A stretch of 64,000 nt of DNA from Chrysomallon squamiferum (lineage: Eukaryota > Animalia > Mollusca). The stretch lies in the NCBI GenBank assembly GCA_012295275.1, contig CM022679.1:9486001-9550000 (forward strand), written 5' to 3'. Positions 57,901-64,000 of the stretch are shown piece after piece; position 1 is the first letter of the stretch; each line of letters starts with the position of its first letter. The notes under the pieces are model-generated. The model did no database searches, was not told the origin of the DNA, and saw nothing but the letters and a program-made list of their open reading frames with translations. The translations under genes and the position numbers were made by a program.

Positions 57901-60834
57901 TCAAGGAACTGTGATTTGTGAAAATTTTCTTTAGAGAACTGTGATTTTGGAAAATCTTTGGAGAACTGTGATTTGGGAAAATTTTCTCCAGAGAACTGTG
58001 ATTTTGGAAAATCTTTGGAGAACTGTGATTTTGGAAAATCTTTGGAGAACTGTGATTTTGGAAAACCTTTGGAAAACTGTGATTTTGGAAAACCTTTGGA
58101 AAACTGTGATTTGGGAGGACTAGCAGTACTTTCTGGACTAAATTTAAGATCTCCTAGAGTTGGCTGAAAACTGTTTTCAGTGATTCTTTCAGACACTAAA
58201 GAGTTTTCACAGCTTGGGGTTAGAACATTATGACTTTCACCAGGATCTCTATCTGTATTATCTTTAGAAAAACTGTGTCTGTCTGGAGGTTCTTTGCTAC
58301 ATGATGTTGTAGAACTGCTCAGAGATCCTTGTTCACAAAAATCCGTATCATCATCTAACATTTGCTGAAAAGAAAATTTGTCACTTTCACTTTGATGTGC
58401 TGGATTTTCACAGGTACTAGAAGATATCATTTTGACATCTTTTATATCAACAGCATTTGATTTTTGAATATCATCAGTTTGAACATCCAGTGAATTTTCA
58501 TCACACTTGCCTGGGCTAGTGTCTTCAACAGGCTGTGAATGCATTGAACATTTGACACTAGGAACAACAGAACCACTGGGTGCTGTTAGCCTGGAAGTGT
58601 CTGACAGCTGAGGACAATGATTAGTGTCTTCTACAGATTCATCCTCAACAGAAGAGGAACAACATGATAAAGGTGAGAAACTGATTTCAAAATTTAAGTC
58701 ACTGTTTGGATTGCATATAACAGAATTATTTTGTTCAGGTGGAAGTTCAATCTTTTTAGAATCAGAAGTTTCCTGAATAAATTCATTATCTTCAGAAACA
58801 CTCAAAGTAGCACTCTGCTTAATATTAGTACCTTCTTGAATCAATGAATTTACATCAAAATCATCTTGTATGTTTTGGGTATATTCAGAATTGGAATCTC
58901 TTTCAATAGCCTTATTTCTTGCAGAATTGTCCAGTATGATTTCATGTTTAGAATCATCTTGTTCAATGTTATTCTGTTTAGAATCTGAGTCATTAAACAC
59001 ACAATTATTTTCATTATGATGACAGTTATTTTGTAGAACTTTATTTAAATCAGAGTTTGTTCTAAAGTCCAAATCTTCAGTCTGCTCATGTTCTAAGTCA
59101 CTATGATCAGCCTTAAACATTTCAGTATCTAATTTTACATGATCAGTATCCAGGGGACATATTTTTCTTCATCCATTGTTGGTGAACTTTTGGAACTTAT
59201 TAAAGGTTTAATGATGTCCTGTTTGACTTCTGACACCATAACATTATCTGTCTTGAAATGTGAATCAACATTTACCTACTGTACTTTTACAACAGGTTCT
59301 TCTGACAAACAGAATTGAGTTAAATCTGACACTTGTTGACCCATCAACTGTTTATTACCAGTATCACAGTCTTGTTCATGTTCTGTGGTTGAATCTTTTC
59401 CTTTCTGACAATGTTCCTTCATTTGAAAATCATTTTCTCCATTATTTGTATTGTAATTTTCTGATTTTGATTTGGAACAGTTACCATCAAAACTAGAATC
59501 AGAGGAAATGCTAGAATCTGTAAAATCACTGTTGGCAGCCTTGAACAGTTTACTAACACTGTCACTGATCTGGTCCTTATGGAAGCATGCATCATCAGTA
59601 CTTGCACTGTCAGCGAATTGGGCTGAAGATTCTCCTTGCTTAGAAAAACAAACATTACCCTGATTCACACACTCCTTATCCTTCAGTAAAGCCAGTATTT
59701 GAGAAGTGGATCGTTTTGTTCCTGAGTCAAGGCTTGTTATCTTTGAATTTGATAGTGACTGTTTGCTCATGCTGTTATAACTATAGCTGTAACTGGCATC
59801 AGTTGGACAGGGACCTGTTTGTAAATAATCTTGCTCATTTAGATCACAATTTATTAAACTGGCAGAATCTTTGTTTGTGTTTTCTGACATTTCTTCATTT
59901 TCAAACAGAATTTTATTTTCATTTAGATCTTTCTTAAAACTTGACAGTGAACTGTTAGATGGTGAACCAAACACTTTCCATGGCATCTGCATCTGATCTG
60001 GACTTTTCTGTAGCATCTGATCTGGACTTTTCTGTAACATCTGTTGACTTCTGAGGTTAGTCATAAATCCTGACATTTGAGAAGATATGCTAGCATCATC
60101 GTGGATTTTTTCTGAGTGAATGTATTGTGGAGATGTCTTTGTTTTATCAGAGTACATATTCATAATGTTTTGGCATGGTACTGGTGTCATTTTTGGGGTA
60201 GACATCTCTGAAACTGGTGTGGGTCTTGGTGAAAAACATGATATTTGAAAATCTGATTTTTCTGGAGATGGTGGTTTAACTACTCTTGGTGGAATGAAAC
60301 CCTGAAATATCAAAAAACTTTATATTTTTATAACTACACACAAAAAGGAACAAAAGGGATATTGTTAATAATACTCTTAGTAACCTTAGTTTATCCAAAA
60401 GGATAATAGCTAAACCAATGGCTGCTTTGGAGAAAGGACCTAAGACTTGATTAAACATATAACATGTCTCAAATTATATTTGAATAAACTAAAAAATATT
60501 TCACTTACATTAAGAAATATGTAATATATATAACACCACTAATATATATAAAATTCAGTGATGAACTAAAGAAGAAAATCAAATTTAATTTTTTACAATT
60601 CTTAATTACAATTTATATGAACAAACCTTTTTCTTTCTTTTTAAGCCTGCAACAACACATCTGTCTGATGATGGTCGTTTGTGAGTTTCTTGGAAACTGA
60701 TTGTAACTGGAGTCTGAATATTTTGCTTCTCTTGTTCCACCTGGATAAGGTAATGATCAGTTTCCAGCTGTTCTCCAGGTATTACATCACTTGACTTTAC
60801 AAACACTGTATCCAGCTGAGTCTTTTTCTCATTT
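39548..60834 (-). CDS. ZGRF1: ZGRF1 (DUF2439 + long disordered region + GRF zinc finger + Upf1/Dna2-like SF1 5'-3' helicase); 5'-incomplete
   Basis: Phase-compatible exons (approx.): 60627-60834 (DUF2439-like DVIPGEQLETDHYLIQVE), 57170-60301 (interrupted at 59162-59278), 56380-56471, 55015-55489, 54465-54556, 53923-54007, 52071-53362, 51682-51820, 50853-50945, 50132-50287 (zf-GRF CQCG...NKGRFFYAC...C), 49557-49740 (FFQWAD), 48894-48981, 48536-48682, 47725-47839, 47168-47300, 46505-46631, 45861-46020 (Walker A GVFGAGKS; TNVAVD), 45548-45625, 45273-45356, 44763-44811, 44344-44421, 43838-43939 (VVLDECSQ; VGDPK), 43412-43495, 43015-43143 (QYRCHP), 42375-42586, 41560-41688 (TVDAFQG), 41081-41190 (NVALTRAR), 40227-40409, 39548-39777. 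Confidence 0.9.
45430..45486. repeat. (AAT)n microsatellite
   Basis: Directly visible. Confidence 0.95.
46284..46325. repeat. (TA)n microsatellite
   Basis: Directly visible. Confidence 0.95.
51085..51538 (+). mobile_element. Non-autonomous Ginger2/TDD-like DNA transposon (KRBA2/SCAND3-type integrase remnant)
   Basis: TGT...ACA termini; imperfect TIRs (TGTTACAGGAAAGATGTATAATTCCTGAAAAT vs reverse complement TGTTGTAGGAAACATGTAT...TATAATTCCTGAAAAT); TATA on both flanks; internal degenerate frame PELVMIHGKPRHPQRQGFVEKADCHIKDM...KFIQVQKNSSLHSRIKCSPF resembles the rve motif HGKPRHSQSQGSVERAN. Confidence 0.8.
57857..58115 (-). repeat. Coding minisatellite, 27/30-bp unit x~9 (FPKSQFSK[D/G]) inside the giant ZGRF1 exon
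   Basis: Plus-strand unit GAGAACTGTGATTTTGGAAAATCTTTG repeated in tandem; frame preserved. Confidence 0.95.
59985..60045 (-). repeat. Coding 24-bp duplication (QMLQKSPD x2)
   Basis: CATCTGATCTGGACTTTTCTGTA occurs twice in tandem. Confidence 0.85.
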
Positions 60835-62429
60835 CTGTAAATCATCCAACAAAAGTTGTTCTCCAGACATGTCACTTGACTTTACAAAAATAGCCACTGA
60901 ATCCTTTGCCATCCAAAAAAAAATAAATAAATAAATAAATAAAAATAAATAAATAAAAATAAAATTAAATTTACATGAAAAAAATTAAAAAAATACAAAA
61001 AGAGAAATAAAAAAATAAAAAAAATGAATAAACACACAAATAAACAAACAAAATAAATAAATAAATAAATAAACCCATTCCCCAAAAATGTTTTATAACA
61101 AAAAAAGGTAAAAAATAAAGAACAAATTAAGACATTTAAATTAAAATATTAAATTATCCAGACATTATTTTTATTTAAACGTTTAGAGCTTGAAGTATAA
61201 GTGAAATAACTAAAAAAATTGATCCAGATAAGAGACATTTTTTTTTTTTTTACTGAGTAATGAAAAAACTTAGTGTCCATATTTCATTAATATCAAAGAG
61301 TGCAACTTCAGATAGACTGTTTTGTCTTTAATATGGATCTTTAAAAATATTCAAATATTACAATAATTAATGTAAGGGTATGTCAGGATTCCATAAACAA
61401 AAATGTTTTTATTCATATATAAATTTTTTGAATTTTCCTTGTTAAGAAAGACTGATATGTTTATCAGTTTCATATATTTAAAATTAAATCAGAAAATGTC
61501 TGATAAAAATGTGGTGACAAGGAATCCAAAAACTGTGAACTTATTAAAGAATGATCATTTCAAATCAAAACATAGGAATTGTTTTTTTTTTTTTTTTTTT
61601 TTTTTCTTTTTAGAATGTCAGCAAACAAAAAATAATAATAAAATAAAAAATACAAACAAAGAAACAACTTTATTAACAATTTAGAAAATTTTCCAGTTAT
61701 AAAAAGAAAAAGCCCTTTATCCACCATTCCATGCATACAATTTAAAAACAGTTCAATATTTCTATTGTTCGAATCTTAAGGAAATATTTTATTTTCCATA
61801 TAGAGGGGTTTTTTTCTTCAGATTTCTGAGTACCAAATAACACCTATAAAATATTAACCTTCAAGTATTTTATTACAGAAATTAGAATGATGAACTCTGA
61901 TAACCCTCTGAAGTATTGTAAGAAAAAACAGTTTTGACCCAAAACCATCAGGTACAAAACAATAACCTGTCAATATCACTTACTTTACCTGAACTTATTA
62001 ACCAGTAATGATTACCAGCAAATCAAGGAACATGATGATCACTGAACCATGCAAACTCATTAAACAGGAAACAAAAACGAATGTTTAACAACTCATTTGA
62101 TAGTTATTGATGTAACTCTGCTGCAGTAATTTCACAAAATTACTGTTTTCTTTAAGCTTATATGTCGTGCACTTTACTGAAGATTAGGCAATAAAAATAA
62201 TAATAATCTGTTTACAAGATAATATTTGTTTATAATAACATCTAATAAACCAACCAACAAAGAAGGTTGCAATTATGATCATAAGTTGAAATTCTGCTAA
62301 TATGTAAATTTCCATATCCGTAAGTGGAGAAAATAGAACTGTATTATGCATTATGGTTATCAAGAAATAGAATCAAACTATATTTCTAAATCTTTCCCAT
62401 TATTAGCAAAGATTATTTATTTATATTAA

Positions 62430-62434
<5 letters not shown>

Positions 62435-62493
<59 letters not shown>
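62435..62493. repeat. (GT)n microsatellite
   Basis: Directly visible. Confidence 0.95.
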
Positions 62494-64000
62494 CAGTATG
62501 GGGGTATGGTTGTGACAGCAAAAAGGTAATGGTAACGCTAAAGAGATTCTGATCCATTGGTCTGTCATATCTCATACAATAACTCTAACTGAGATACAAC
62601 CGTCTGAAAATATACAGTTTAAATATATTTAATGTAAACCACTGGTAAAGGTAGTAATTAAACCCATATACTGTGCCATCCCAGCAAAAGTAACATGAGC
62701 ATTTGTACTCCTAACTCGATTCAAATAAATATTGACTTTCTTCAGGAGCAATGTATCAATGACACCTCAGACATCCAGTAGGTCGTAAATATGAAAACTA
62801 CTGCAATAAACTACCCCCTTGAAAACTACACTAAACATAGTTTGTTTTCAAAACGTGCCACTCTGTGCTTAGTCTTTGGATGAATGTCACTTTGAAAACA
62901 TTTGACTTGGTTGCATCATCATGTATTTTGTGTTCACTTTCCACTTTTGCATACATGCACACACACAGAGATAAAATAATACATACAGATATAAAGACAA
63001 ATATAACATTCTTTTCATTATTTTCAAACAGACAGCCTCTATTTGATTATTATTATTATTATTATTTGACTGAATATATGATTCTAGTTATATGCTGAAT
63101 ATACAGATATTTTAATTGGACAAATATGACATTGAATGACAGATACTGAATTTAAATTCAAATGTTGTTTTCTTTAATGAGCTTACTATGTCCATAATAA
63201 CAATCAATATGTCAAGTTGAAAGACATGAAACACATCAAACGTTTTTATGGATCACCCTTTTATCGATAAATAATAATTTTACAGTGAAGTTGTTACTTG
63301 CTGCTTTACCAAAACAAAAAGAAATTTAATTATAGATGTTAATATTTCATTTCTTTTTCTCATGGTTTTCAAATAATTCTGATATTTAAATTCAGCAATA
63401 AGTCTTACTTTCATAAAGAGCCAGATAGAAACCAACACACACACAAATGCATACCCTAAGTGTTTGTTATATACTAAATCTTTTTCAGTATTTTTATCTA
63501 GAAAGAAAACCAATATCAACAGAAAGTTTTGATCTTGAAATAAGACTGAAGTACTTATACAAAGTTCAAAGAAATCTGAAAGTATCAGATGATAACCTAA
63601 TGACAGAAAATCTAATAACAGATAATATACAATTGCTGAGCAGTGAACATCCTTTCTTATGAATGCTGTAAATTTTATTTATTTACAAAATGCTTTTCTT
63701 CATGTCAACGAAATCTTAATCAATCCATATTCAGGTGTAAATAACTGCTCAGTTATCTAACTTTAAAAACATAAATGTTGTAATAATTTTAACTCCAGTA
63801 ACAACTGTTTATTTTAGTTGTTTTATTATTTTGTCTGTGCACACATCTTCAGCCATGTATATACTGCTGTACAATAAATGCAAATAAATACAAAGATATT
63901 CAGACTATGCTAAAAATTCAAGGCCAGGCTAAAGCCATATTTACAGTTCAAAAAAAAAAAAAAAAAAAAACAGCTTGTTTGAAAAATTAAGTGTTTAAAC

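Noticed and set aside
57941-58167. Plus-strand repetitive ORFs (ENLWRTVIL / ENCDFGKSL)
   Set aside because: A 27-bp unit without stops keeps several frames open; no independent gene signals.
52047-60313. Long ORFs of 461, 197, 654 and 345 aa as independent genes
   Set aside because: They are bounded by phase-compatible splice sites and lie between the DUF2439 and zf-GRF exons, so they are large internal ZGRF1 exons.
63809-63875. Minus-strand ATG (MAEDVCTDK...) as the ZGRF1 start exon
   Set aside because: No convincing donor before the in-frame stop and no YTHQK/WQDG-like DUF2439 N-terminal motif; the start is left unassigned.

Overview
AT-rich, intron-dense, microsatellite-rich animal genomic DNA (invertebrate, probably lophotrochozoan/mollusc-like; the taxon is an inference). 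Exons were assembled by eye from GT-AG sites, intron phase and recalled similarity to the human proteins. Gene order: the last four coding exons of ASH2L (+); a complete GGPS1 (-); FBXL15 (+), head-to-head with GGPS1; and a large ZGRF1 helicase gene (-) whose first coding exon(s) were not found in the window. The main structural feature is a head-to-tail triplication of an ~8.3-8.5 kb unit (18537-43729) carrying a whole FBXL15 plus the last seven ZGRF1 exons. FBXL15 copy 1 is canonical. Copy 2 is an open paralog that lacks about one LRR and has an unchanged F-box but many LRR substitutions. Copy 3 is a frameshifted mosaic that may be a consensus artefact. Other points of interest: a triplicated splice acceptor in GGPS1, a stop plus frameshift in the giant ZGRF1 exon that a cryptic 113-nt intron would exactly remove, a coding minisatellite giving eight SQ motifs in ZGRF1, and a 454-bp non-autonomous Ginger2/TDD-like transposon. 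No CRISPR array, rRNA or tRNA was recognised.
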